In this document: positions 46,770 to 55,707 of the stretch, piece by piece
Layout of the letters: every line of letters starts with the position of its first letter
Numbering within the stretch: position 1 is the first letter of the stretch
DNA from: a virus
Virus record (IMG/VR): IMGVR_UViG_3300044911_003339
Span: 41,162 to 105,161 of that record
Reading direction: 5' to 3' (one strand)
DNA length: 64,000 bases
Made by a program: the position numbers and the translations under genes
The notes under the pieces: generated by a model
Seen by the model: only the letters and a program-made list of their open reading frames with translations
What the model was told of the DNA's origin: nothing
The model's database searches: none

Positions 46770-47450
46770 CCCGGATCTCCGGGCGGAGGGGGTCAGACGA
46801 GTTGAACGCAGGTAGCTCTGAAGCGTGAGGCCCGCGGCGAGGTGTCTACGCTCGCCCGGCTCGTGTTCAGGATTCCCGGCTATACGAGTCAGCGAAGGGG
46901 TGTTGCTCCACACTGGGGTGGGGGGCGTTCGTTGCTCGGTCCTTCTCAGGACTTCGCATAGCGGCGATGCCGCCGCGCTCACGCGCGTCGAGGTGCCTTC
47001 CTCGATCCGGGACGCAGGCTCCGGTATGGCGGGGGTCCCCCAGTGCGCCGTCCACCACATCGACCCTGTACTGCTCCGCCGCGATTACCGCGGCAGTAGG
47101 GGAGGTCGGTCGCGACGCGACCTCACACGAAGAGGCCACCTCTGCGGGATGGAAGTGCCAGGATGCACGCTGTTGCAAGGTCCCGCCTCTCGTCGTCGAT
47201 GCGGCTGCTAGGGCTCGGCCCGATCTCAGCCTCGGCACGCATACGGCGTGCGCGTCACGAGGCACCGATGCCTCGCTCGCGGTGCCCTGCCAGGGACTAC
47301 CCGCGAGCGAAGACCCTGGCCGACTTGCAGCCGAAGCGCAAGTCCTGCATCCTCTGAGGGTCCCGATCTCATGGTTCCTCCCACAGCACCCGCTGAACCC
47401 GGAGGCACCAACACGAAGCCCGGTGTGCCAGCACTGGGCTTCGGCGTTTC
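46770..47450 (+). ncRNA. Candidate large structured non-coding RNA (or structured origin)
   Basis: No ORF with genome-like codon bias; many nested stems and two pseudoknot-type pairings; G:T pairs favour the + strand; ends in a terminator-like hairpin. Confidence 0.45.
47414..47450 (+). terminator. Terminator-like hairpin
   Basis: CGAAGCCCGGTGT-GCCA-GCACTGGGCTTCG, a 13-bp stem with two G:T pairs, followed by GCGTTTC. Confidence 0.5.
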
Positions 47451-47462
47451 TGGGCTACGCGT

Positions 47463-47475
47463 AATCGTGTAAGAC
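47463..47475 (+). promoter_or_regulatory. Putative phage promoter element AATCGTGTAAGAC
   Basis: Exact copy at 58926-58938; both copies are intergenic and upstream of operons. Confidence 0.45.
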
Positions 47476-47481
47476 GGGCTT

Positions 47482-47576
47482 GCTCCCGAGCGTGCGAGTC
47501 CCGTAGACCGGCAACGGGCACAGGTCACGGCAGTCCGGCTCCACCACTGGTTCAAGTCCAGCGTGCGCTCGGGAGC
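47482..47576 (+). ncRNA. tRNA-like element in the leader of the helicase operon
   Basis: 15-bp closing stem, D-like arm CCCGT-AGACCGGCA-ACGGG, T-like arm CTGG-TTCAAGT-CCAG; no canonical anticodon arm or 3' CCA. Confidence 0.5.
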
Positions 47577-47587
47577 GCTACCCACAC

Positions 47588-49000
47588 ATGCGCGTCTTCG
47601 TCGGCAACTCCTGGGCGGAACTCATGGGCGCGAGCCCGAGCTTCCTCGACTCGTGCACGAGGCACCTCGCGGTCTCCCTCGGGGACGATCCAGGGCCGGG
47701 CGCGAAGGTCGGTCACCGCTTCGGCGCGCTCTTCTGGGCGACGCACCAGGGGCAGCGCACGCTCTGGGGCTCGCTGCTCCACGAGAGGCGTCGCGTGGCC
47801 TCGGGGCTCGTGCCGTGGGTCGAGGCCCTCGCGCGGCACTACGGCGAGCCGATCGAGATCGTCGAGTGCCGCCGCCGCCCCGAGTGCGAACTGCCGATGT
47901 GGTCGATCAGCGGCGTCTCGTGGAGGCCGTACCAGGACGCGGTGCAGAAGCAGATTCTTCTGCATGACCGCGGGGTCGTCGCTGCCCCGCCTCGTTCCGG
48001 CAAGACGCTCATGGCCGCGCGTGCGTTCGACGCGATCGCGCAGCCGTGCCTCTGGCTCGTGCCCAGCCTCGCGATCGGCCGGCAGACCTACACCGTGCTG
48101 AAGAAGCACTTCGGGGCCGACTTCGTGGCGCGTCTCGACGGCGAGGCGAGCCGCGACGAGCGCGACATCGAGAAGAGGCTCGTCGTCTCGACGATCCAGT
48201 CGGCGCTCTCGCAGAGCCCCGAGTGGTTCAAGACGCGCAAGATGCTCGTCATCGACGAGTTCCATCACGCAGCGGCGGAATCCTATCATCGCCTCAACGC
48301 GCTCTGCGAGCACGTCTACTATCGACTGTGCTGGACGGGCACGCACTTCCGCACGGGAGAGGACGCGCTCGCGATGCACGCGATCTGCTCGACCGTGCTG
48401 CACAAGATCGAGTTCGATGACCTCGTGGCCGAGGGCTTCCTCGCGCCCGCGCGCGTGCTCTTCATGCAGCCGCGAGCGCCCGCTCCGATCTTCACCGACA
48501 ACCGCTGGATGCAGGTCTACCAGACCGGAATCGTCGAGTGGGAGCCGCGCAACGCGATGATCGCGTTCACCGCGCGCACGCTCGACGCGAGCGGCGTCCC
48601 GACGATCGTGCTCACGCGCCGCCGCGCGCACGCAGAAGCTCTCGCGAAGATGATCCCCGGCGCGCAGGTCGTGCTCGGCGGAGACGGCGCGCTCCTCTCG
48701 CGAGCGATCGCCGACTTCAACGACGGCGTGACGAACGTCCTGGTCGGCACGCAGGTGATCGGCGAGGGTGTGGACGTTCCTCGCGCCGCAGCGCTCATCT
48801 ACGCGGCAGGCGGCAACGAAGGGGTGCAGCAGATGCAGAGCTACTACCGACCGCTCACGGCGTTCCCTGGCAAGAAGATCGGCCTCATCTACGACTTCCA
48901 AGATTCCCAGCACGGCATGCTCAACGCGCACGCGCGCTCTCGGCAGCGCATCACGGCAGAGATCCTCGGCGAGAAGGCTCTCGTGCGGGTGGAGCGATGA
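47588..49000 (+). CDS. SF2 DNA helicase (UvsW/XPB-like)
   Basis: WRPYQ, APPRSGKT, IDEFHH, TGT.FR, IGEGVDVP. Confidence 0.9.
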   Translation: MRVFVGNSWAELMGASPSFLDSCTRHLAVSLGDDPGPGAKVGHRFGALFWATHQGQRTLWGSLLHERRRVASGLVPWVEALARHYGEPIEIVECRRRPECELPMWSISGVSWRPYQDAVQKQILLHDRGVVAAPPRSGKTLMAARAFDAIAQPCLWLVPSLAIGRQTYTVLKKHFGADFVARLDGEASRDERDIEKRLVVSTIQSALSQSPEWFKTRKMLVIDEFHHAAAESYHRLNALCEHVYYRLCWTGTHFRTGEDALAMHAICSTVLHKIEFDDLVAEGFLAPARVLFMQPRAPAPIFTDNRWMQVYQTGIVEWEPRNAMIAFTARTLDASGVPTIVLTRRRAHAEALAKMIPGAQVVLGGDGALLSRAIADFNDGVTNVLVGTQVIGEGVDVPRAAALIYAAGGNEGVQQMQSYYRPLTAFPGKKIGLIYDFQDSQHGMLNAHARSRQRITAEILGEKALVRVER

Positions 49001-49668
49001 GCGCCGACCTGCTCGCGCGCTACGACGCTCTCTGCCAGGAGCACGGCGTCTACTCGGGCAAGCGCAGCCTCTCGCGATTCCGTGAGCCGATGGAGCACTA
49101 CGCAGCGTGGTGCGCGGAGAGGCAGATCGACCCGAAGCTCTTCATGCGATTCCGGTTCGAGCAGGCGCTCGCGCGGCACAAGGCCGCACCGAGCATCAAG
49201 ACGCTCGTGAGCGACGACTCCGCGCAGGAGTACCTCCGCACGGAGGCAGGCGCGTCCCTCGCGGTGTTCGAGCAGACCGTGAAGCCCGTCTACGATCTCG
49301 TGGGGCCGGGCAACGGACGAATCTACTCGCTCGTGCGAGACGCGATGTGCGCGCCCGAGCCCTACGTCGAGCGCTTCCGGCACCAGCAGGTCTCGACTGG
49401 CAGGGCGTGGGCGTGCCGCTCCGAGCGCCTCAGGTTCGGAATCGGGTATGACCCTCGGAGCAGCGTGTGTCCTCGCTGCCCCGAGGCTGCTCTCTGCGCG
49501 CAGCAGACGAGCGCGGAGATCGGCTTCGACATCACAGCGCTACGCCGAGGAGACTTCGACTTGCTCCCTGAGATTCCCAAGAAGGTCGCACGCCACAGCT
49601 CGGAGCTTCACGCTCTCGTGAAGCAGGGCTCCGCTGCTCGCCGCCGCGCAGCACGGAGGCTCGCATGA
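48997..49668 (+). CDS. Hypothetical replication-module protein with Cys cluster
   Basis: ATGA overlaps at both ends; C..(n)..CPRCPEAALC. Confidence 0.65.
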   Translation: MSADLLARYDALCQEHGVYSGKRSLSRFREPMEHYAAWCAERQIDPKLFMRFRFEQALARHKAAPSIKTLVSDDSAQEYLRTEAGASLAVFEQTVKPVYDLVGPGNGRIYSLVRDAMCAPEPYVERFRHQQVSTGRAWACRSERLRFGIGYDPRSSVCPRCPEAALCAQQTSAEIGFDITALRRGDFDLLPEIPKKVARHSSELHALVKQGSAARRRAARRLA

Positions 49669-51008
49669 CCTCGCTGTCGGAGTTCGGAATCGACTTCCAG
49701 CGCGCCATCGTGCGGCTCGCGCAGGTCGATGACGCGTTCGCCTACCGCGCAGTGAAGCACGTCGAGCCCGGCTTCTTCTCGATCGAGCCTCTCGGCTGGT
49801 TGTGGAAGGGAATCCGCGCGCACGTTGAGGCGTACCGCAAGCCTCCATCGGACCTCGTGCTCAACGAGTGGCTCCGCACGCTGCCCGGCGACAAGCAGCC
49901 GGTCTACGCGCCCGAGGTGTACGCGGTCCGCACGCTCGGCGAGGTGAAAGACTCGGAGTACGTGAAGCACAAGCTCCGCGACTTCCTTCGTCGGAATCTG
50001 TTCGCGACCGCGCATCGAGAGAGCGCGCTCCTCTTCAACGAGAACAAGTTCGACGAGAGCTACGACGTGATGGCGAAGGCGCACGACGCCATCGCGACGC
50101 TGGATTTCGAGATCGTCGATCGCCAGTGGTTCTTCGACGAGGTGAGCGAGCGCCAGCACTCGCGCGCTCTCGCAGCGATGTCGTTCGAGCAGAACTTCAC
50201 GACGGGCGTGACGATGCTCGACAGGATCTCCGAAGGTGGCGTGAAGCTCGGCGAGGTCTGGTCGATTCTGGGCTACGCGAAGCGCGGCAAGACCACGTGG
50301 TTGATCAACCAGGCGTTCGGAGCGACGCGCGTGCATCGCGCTCCCACGCTCGTAATCAACATGGAGGGCAAGGGCTCTCAGTGGGCCGACAAGCTCGACG
50401 CGTGCTTCTCACGCGAGTTGTACTCCAACGTGAAGCGCGGCCAGATCGATCCCGTGCTCTGGCGCGAGATGCACGCGGAGTACCTCGGGCTTCGTCGTCT
50501 GCTCGTAATCCGCACACGCAACGAGTGGGACACGAACATCCTCGACATCCAGGCGGAGATCGACGAACTGCGCGCGCAGAACTTCAAGCCGCGCATGCTG
50601 ATCGTGGACTACATGGATCTCGGCCGCTCGCGTGACCGCGTGGATTCCGAGACCGCGCACCAGATCGCGTTCGGTCGCGACCTGAAGCGGCTCGTCGTGA
50701 ACGAGGAGATGGCGTGCTGGACCGCGTGGCAGGCGCAGCGCCCGAAGGCCGACGCGAACGTGCGCGAGCACATCATCACGTCCGGCATGGTGGCCGACGC
50801 CTACGCGAAGGTGCGCATCGTGGACGGCTTCGGATCGATCAACGCGACCGATGAGGAATGGAAGCGCGGCCACGCGCGCCTCTACTGGGAGAACTACCGC
50901 GACGCTGCGGTCAACGAGACCTTCTGGCTCCAGAACGACCTCGCGCGCATGCGAATGGCGGTCGCCTCTGGTGCAGGCGTAGACCCGAGCACGATGGGGC
51001 ATCCATGA
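49665..51008 (+). CDS. DnaB-like replicative helicase
   Basis: TG...LD....GG...GE, GYAKRGKTT, INMEG, LIVDYMDL, WTA.Q. Confidence 0.88.
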   Translation: MTSLSEFGIDFQRAIVRLAQVDDAFAYRAVKHVEPGFFSIEPLGWLWKGIRAHVEAYRKPPSDLVLNEWLRTLPGDKQPVYAPEVYAVRTLGEVKDSEYVKHKLRDFLRRNLFATAHRESALLFNENKFDESYDVMAKAHDAIATLDFEIVDRQWFFDEVSERQHSRALAAMSFEQNFTTGVTMLDRISEGGVKLGEVWSILGYAKRGKTTWLINQAFGATRVHRAPTLVINMEGKGSQWADKLDACFSRELYSNVKRGQIDPVLWREMHAEYLGLRRLLVIRTRNEWDTNILDIQAEIDELRAQNFKPRMLIVDYMDLGRSRDRVDSETAHQIAFGRDLKRLVVNEEMACWTAWQAQRPKADANVREHIITSGMVADAYAKVRIVDGFGSINATDEEWKRGHARLYWENYRDAAVNETFWLQNDLARMRMAVASGAGVDPSTMGHP

Positions 51009-51454
51009 GACCGCTGATCTTGGAAGACGGGCAGCAGGATCGCTTCGCAGAACACGTGAAGCGCGTCATGAGCGCGCTCTGGGTTGACACGACCGATTAC
51101 GAAATCGACGCGCACCTTCGGCAGACGTGCGCGCAGTGGCTCGACGGCACGACCTGCGACATCGTGATCGCGCGCGAGTCCCTGGACAACGGAGATGTCC
51201 GGCTGGACGTGGACTTCCGCTGGAGGGTCGGCACGCCCCTTTCCGGTGCGAGTCTCACCGGGGAAGGGCCCATCGCGGGCGTCTCCTTCGCATTCGATCG
51301 TGAAGGTCCCGTCATCAAGTTCCGATTCTTGCGCAAGGGCTGGGAGTCCCGCAGCTTCGCCCCCTCCACCTCCTCGCTGCCGCTCGACCACACCAAGCTC
51401 TCGAATCGCGACTTCGCCAAGCTCATGCGCGAGCGCAGGAGCGGCGGTCGATGA
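51005..51454 (+). CDS. Hypothetical protein
   Basis: ATGA overlaps with the helicase and primase genes. Confidence 0.6.
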   Translation: MRPLILEDGQQDRFAEHVKRVMSALWVDTTDYEIDAHLRQTCAQWLDGTTCDIVIARESLDNGDVRLDVDFRWRVGTPLSGASLTGEGPIAGVSFAFDREGPVIKFRFLRKGWESRSFAPSTSSLPLDHTKLSNRDFAKLMRERRSGGR

Positions 51455-52509
51455 GCAACGTGCGCAGGGCGCTCGCGCAGTTCGACGCGCACGCGTTCGT
51501 GCGCAAGCATGGAGGCCGGAAGGAATCCAGTTCGGCGCTCTCGCAGGAGTACCTGCTCAACTGCCCCGCGTGCGGCTCGTCGCGTCTGCGCTGGAACGCA
51601 GCGAAGAAGCAGGGCGCGTGGACGTGCTGGGGCTGCCATCGCTCCGGCGACACGCTCTCGCTCGTGAGGCTGCTCGAACGCACGACCGACATGGGCGCGA
51701 TCGACTTCGTGATGCAGGGCTACGTCGGAGGAGACCAGCCGACGAACCTCGAACCGCTCGGAATCGTCGCGCCTCGCGCGCCCCAGCGCGCCACCGTGAA
51801 GCACCTGCCCGCGATCTCGTGGCCTCACGGTGTGGACCTGCTCGCGCCCGTGCCTGCTCACGCACGAGCGTTCGATTACCTGCGAGGTCGAAAGCACTTC
51901 GGCGTGGACCCCGCGCTGCTCGCGCCGCATCGCGTCGGCTTCGGTCGCTCGGGCCGCCTCGACGGCTACCTCGTGTTCCCGTGCTGGATGGACAACGGGC
52001 TCGCCTACTGGCAGGGCCGCGCGACGTGGGACCCTCCCGCGGGCACCGACGAAGAGGTGCGCGCGTGGAAGGAGAGCACGGGCTACCGCAAGACGCTGAA
52101 CCCCGTCGCGGTGCCCGGAGCGGCTACGGCGAGCGACGTGATCTTCGGCTTCGATCACGCGCGCACGGCCGAGCACGTCGTCGTGTGCGAAGGTCCCTTC
52201 GATGCCGCGCAGATCGGAATCCCTTCGACGGCGGTCGCGGGTGTCGCGCTGCTCGGGAAGGCGTGGAGCGATCAGAAGCTCGCGCGCCTCGCACGCCTCC
52301 CGGCACGACGCGTGACCGTCTACCTCGACCGAGGTCGCGACGAGTGGGAATCCGCGTGCCGGCTCGCCGCCGCGCTCTCTCCCTACGTGGAGACCTACCT
52401 CGCGGTCCCTCCCGAGGGGTGCGATGCCGGATCCCTGACCCCCCAGCACAACGCGGTCGTGCTCGCGCACGCCACCCGGTACGCGGGGCAGGCCCTCCAG
52501 GGCGTCTGA
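51451..52509 (+). CDS. DNA primase (zinc finger + TOPRIM)
   Basis: CPAC...CWGC..SGD, YL.GR, WQGR, VCEGPFDA, YLD. Confidence 0.88.
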   Translation: MSNVRRALAQFDAHAFVRKHGGRKESSSALSQEYLLNCPACGSSRLRWNAAKKQGAWTCWGCHRSGDTLSLVRLLERTTDMGAIDFVMQGYVGGDQPTNLEPLGIVAPRAPQRATVKHLPAISWPHGVDLLAPVPAHARAFDYLRGRKHFGVDPALLAPHRVGFGRSGRLDGYLVFPCWMDNGLAYWQGRATWDPPAGTDEEVRAWKESTGYRKTLNPVAVPGAATASDVIFGFDHARTAEHVVVCEGPFDAAQIGIPSTAVAGVALLGKAWSDQKLARLARLPARRVTVYLDRGRDEWESACRLAAALSPYVETYLAVPPEGCDAGSLTPQHNAVVLAHATRYAGQALQGV

Positions 52510-52715
52510 TAATCCTGAGTCTTTACGGCGACTTCTGAGAATCTTTCGGAGATTTTCCAGAATCGCCCTCCGACGGTCCATCTCTCTGAGTGTCGGTCGC
52601 TGCTGGGCTTCGTGCTCGGAGGAACCGACTTCGGAGCGGTGTCGGCCCCTGCGGGGTGTGCGGTCGCTCCCCAACTCTGCGCTGCGTAGGTCGCAGCGCT
52701 CTCTGGGAGGGCATC

Positions 52716-52940
52716 ATGCTCATGCACGTCGGCGCGGTCTCGCGCGTGGTCGTCTCGTCGCGGTACGAGGACCGGGCGGTTCGCTCGGTCTCGCGGTCGA
52801 AGGATTCGGTCGTCTGCTGCGGCCGGGTCGAGCGGGAGGAGTGGTCGTGGCGGTGCGCGCGGTGCAACGCGCGCGGCGTCGGCAACCGGAACCGCTGCGA
52901 CTGCGGCATGCCCGTCGTCCCCAACCTCAACTACGTCTGA
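52716..52940 (+). CDS. Small Cys-rich protein
   Basis: GGGAGG RBS; W.CARC...N..RCDCG. Confidence 0.55.
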   Translation: MLMHVGAVSRVVVSSRYEDRAVRSVSRSKDSVVCCGRVEREEWSWRCARCNARGVGNRNRCDCGMPVVPNLNYV

Positions 52941-52953
52941 AGGAGAAGGAATC

Positions 52954-53271
52954 ATGGACAGCTATCAGGATTCGGTCGAGCACGGCAAGGCTCTCGCGGC
53001 GGCGGTCGGTCGCGCGGTGAAGAAGGTCTGGCCGGGCACGACGGCGCGCCTCAACTACGTCGGCACGGGTTCGAAGGCCCATCGGCGGCAGGTCTGGCTC
53101 CGGTGCCCGGACGGCTACTGCGTGGACGTGTGGCTCGACGGCGCGCAGTCCACGGCGCAGGTCGGCGGCGTGGTCGGGCGGCAGGGCGTGCCGCGGGTCG
53201 TCGGCGTGGGCTCGGTCGGCGATTACGTGGTCGAGGAGATGCGGGCGCGTGGCGCGGCAGGAGGTGCGTGA
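52954..53271 (+). CDS. Hypothetical protein
   Basis: AAGGAG RBS; packed gene array. Confidence 0.65.
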   Translation: MDSYQDSVEHGKALAAAVGRAVKKVWPGTTARLNYVGTGSKAHRRQVWLRCPDGYCVDVWLDGAQSTAQVGGVVGRQGVPRVVGVGSVGDYVVEEMRARGAAGGA

Positions 53272-53510
53272 TGGCGATGGTGAAGCGCTTCGTCGTGACG
53301 CACGCGAGCCAGAAGCTCGGGCTCCGCATCCTGACCTTCCCGGCCCAGGGCCGGTGGACGTTCGAGACGCGCGAGGAAGCCGAGAAGGTGCTCGCGACCT
53401 TCGCGCCCTCGCTGCGCGAGAAGGTGCTCGGCGACCTCGCGGACACGCTGGAGGTCACGGAAGTGGATTGCTATCCGGGTCATCACGACCCCTCACGCAC
53501 GGTTTTCTGA
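53271..53510 (+). CDS. Hypothetical protein
   Basis: TGATG overlap, GGAGG RBS. Confidence 0.6.
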   Translation: MAMVKRFVVTHASQKLGLRILTFPAQGRWTFETREEAEKVLATFAPSLREKVLGDLADTLEVTEVDCYPGHHDPSRTVF

Positions 53511-53522
53511 AGGGAGCGAACG

Positions 53523-53819
53523 ATGGAACGAGGAGATTACGTCAAGGTCCGGGCTCTCGCGGGTGTCGCCTGCGTCTTCCTCGGGCCCGGCCGGGTATGG
53601 GAGCAGACGACGGTGCTCGTCGAGAACGAGGACGGCGAAGAGGTCGAGCACGAGATTCCGGGCGACGGCGAGTGGGTCCCCGACGAGTCGGTCGCTCGTG
53701 TGCGCATGGTCGGCGACGACACGGTGTACGAGGTCGATCCCGACGACTGCAAGCCGCTCGACGAGAGCGAGTTCTGCGGCTCCTGCGGGCAGATGGGCTG
53801 CTCGCACGGGCGGCAGTGA
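53523..53819 (+). CDS. Hypothetical protein with C-terminal CxxC..C.H
   Basis: GGGAG RBS; FCGSCGQMGCSH. Confidence 0.65.
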   Translation: MERGDYVKVRALAGVACVFLGPGRVWEQTTVLVENEDGEEVEHEIPGDGEWVPDESVARVRMVGDDTVYEVDPDDCKPLDESEFCGSCGQMGCSHGRQ

Positions 53820-53829
53820 AGGAGGAATC

Positions 53830-54069
53830 ATGAGTCTGGCTTTCCGATACAGCCTGCGGGCGATCGAGGTCCGCTGCGGTTCGCGCGTCTGCGCGCTCGC
53901 AGTGGACTCGGGATTCACTGGCGCGAGCCTCGTGCTCACGAGCGGCGAGGATTGGGTCTGCCTCTGGTACGAGACCCTGGACGCCGCGGCCAAGGCCGCC
54001 GCGGACTACCTCGTCGTGTTCGCGACGCACCTCGAATCGAAGGCGACGCTCCCCGCGTTGCCGCGCTGA
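53830..54069 (+). CDS. Hypothetical protein
   Basis: AAGGAGG RBS, ATG at 53830. Confidence 0.55.
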   Translation: MSLAFRYSLRAIEVRCGSRVCALAVDSGFTGASLVLTSGEDWVCLWYETLDAAAKAAADYLVVFATHLESKATLPALPR

Positions 54070-54133
54070 CCGCGCGTGTGGTGACAGCCGAGGTTCGACT
54101 CCTCGGCCGCGCATTCCAACAGGGAGGGATTCA

Positions 54134-54505
54134 ATGCTCGGAATCAACGTGGTGAACGCGCTTCGTGCGCAGGAGATGAAGATGAAGACGGATCAGGATT
54201 CGGTTCCCCTCACCCCCGGCGAGGAGAACCTCTCGCACTTCGCCCCCGACGAGCACACGACCATCCGCATCGGCAGTCGCGTGCGCCTGAACGATGAGAC
54301 GCTCGCGGAGTACCGCGCCGCGGGGATCAGCGAGGGCACGCGCGCCGCGTACCGCAAGGGCGGCACCGTCACGCAGATCGTCACGCATCGCCGCCACGGC
54401 TGGGTCTCCATCCGCATCCGGCTCGACGAGCCCTTCTCGCACGCGGACGGGTCGGGAGGCGACCCCTACACGTGGCAGGCACCCGGTGACCTGACCTCGC
54501 TCTGA
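54134..54505 (+). CDS. Hypothetical protein (SH3/KOW-like)
   Basis: GGGAGG RBS; IRIGSRVRL...GTVT.I. Confidence 0.55.
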   Translation: MLGINVVNALRAQEMKMKTDQDSVPLTPGEENLSHFAPDEHTTIRIGSRVRLNDETLAEYRAAGISEGTRAAYRKGGTVTQIVTHRRHGWVSIRIRLDEPFSHADGSGGDPYTWQAPGDLTSL

Positions 54506-54557
54506 GGTCTGTCAGTTCAGCAACAAGTCGATCGTCAACAACCAGGAGAAGAGAACC

Positions 54558-55076
54558 ATGGATTACTCGAACAGCAGCAAGAACGATCTCATCGCCCTCG
54601 TCGTCGCTCGCGGCCTCGCGAAGAACAAGACCGCGGCCCGCGACATCAAGGCGGCTGACCTCCGCGCGATGCTCGCGGAGAACGACACCGCGAACCGCGC
54701 CGCGCTCCGCGAGTCGATCGACCCGACCCCGGTCGTCACCGCCCGCGCGCCGAAGATGATGCCGGGCCAGGAGCCCTACACGCCCGCGGAGATGGCGCGC
54801 CTCAACTCGCTCGTGAGCGATGCGGCCCGCGCGAACGTCACGGAGATCGACGAGCCCCACGGCTTCGACGATCGAGGGATGCCGGTCAACACGGACCACA
54901 CGGGGCGATTCACGACGCCTCCGGTCGCGAGTCCGAAGGCTCGCGTCTTCGTGCCCCCCCTCACCCGCGAGCAGCGCGCACGCAAGCTCGCTCGTAATCG
55001 TCGTCGCCACAAGCGCTCGCTCGCCGCATGGCCGAACGGGCAGAAGACGCCGCGTCAGTCGGCGGCCGAGGTCTGA
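54558..55076 (+). CDS. Hypothetical protein, N-terminal HeH-like motif and basic C-terminus
   Basis: AGGAG RBS; SKNDLIALVVARGL......K.ADL..ML. Confidence 0.65.
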   Translation: MDYSNSSKNDLIALVVARGLAKNKTAARDIKAADLRAMLAENDTANRAALRESIDPTPVVTARAPKMMPGQEPYTPAEMARLNSLVSDAARANVTEIDEPHGFDDRGMPVNTDHTGRFTTPPVASPKARVFVPPLTREQRARKLARNRRRHKRSLAAWPNGQKTPRQSAAEV

Positions 55077-55078
55077 AC

Positions 55079-55477
55079 GTGACCGAGAAGAAGCCCCATC
55101 ACGAACTCGACGAGTTCATCGTCCGCGTCTCCGACGACGGCCGGCGTCTCGCGAAGCGCTACTCGGGTCGCATGAGCGTGACGATGACGCTCATGCCCGA
55201 CGACACCTACCGCTGCATCGTGCGCGACGCGGACAAGCTCGCGGTCTCTGTGACCGTCGGTCGGCCCGCGCGCTCGACGGTCGCGACCGACGCGCCCGAG
55301 GCGTTCGATGCAGCGGCGAGCGCCGCAATCTCCTTCGCCCTGGAGGAGAAGGACGAGCACGGGATTCGCGTGCTCACGGACCATTCGGTCTACGACGAGC
55401 ACGAGCGCGTCATCGCGCGCTCGCCGTCGGAAGACCCCACGCTGAAGAACAACCTCCGACGAAAGGATTCGAAGTGA
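55079..55477 (+). CDS. Hypothetical protein
   Basis: GTG at 55079 in the frame of track ORF 55028..55477. Confidence 0.6.
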   Translation: MTEKKPHHELDEFIVRVSDDGRRLAKRYSGRMSVTMTLMPDDTYRCIVRDADKLAVSVTVGRPARSTVATDAPEAFDAAASAAISFALEEKDEHGIRVLTDHSVYDEHERVIARSPSEDPTLKNNLRRKDSK

Positions 55478-55707
55478 AGGAAAAGCGATTCGTCGTTCTC
55501 GACGGCAGCGACCAGAACGTGCTCGGCGGCGAGGTGAGCGAAGCCAACGCCTACATCGCCGCCTACGGCGCTCTGCTCGCGGGTCACCCGCCCGTCTCGG
55601 ATCTCGCCGTCGGCGAGAGCACCCGGAAGCGGTACGCGCTCTCCGGCCAGAAGCCCACCGTCTACCGCATCCTGCGAGTGCAGGACGCAGAAGGAGATTC
55701 GAAGTGA
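55474..55707 (+). CDS. Hypothetical protein
   Basis: GTGA overlaps at both ends. Confidence 0.55.
   Translation: MKEKRFVVLDGSDQNVLGGEVSEANAYIAAYGALLAGHPPVSDLAVGESTRKRYALSGQKPTVYRILRVQDAEGDSK

Noticed and set aside
46722-47546. tmRNA, suggested by CTGATTCGACG near 46736, pseudoknots and GGCTCCACCA at 47537-46
   Set aside because: The T-arm lies after, not before, the CCACCA; no matching GGGG acceptor strand or tag ORF was found; the span is too long.
47482-47576. Canonical tRNA or tRNA-Sec gene
   Set aside because: No regular 5-bp anticodon stem with 7-nt loop and no CCA after the acceptor-like stem; kept only as a tRNA-like element.
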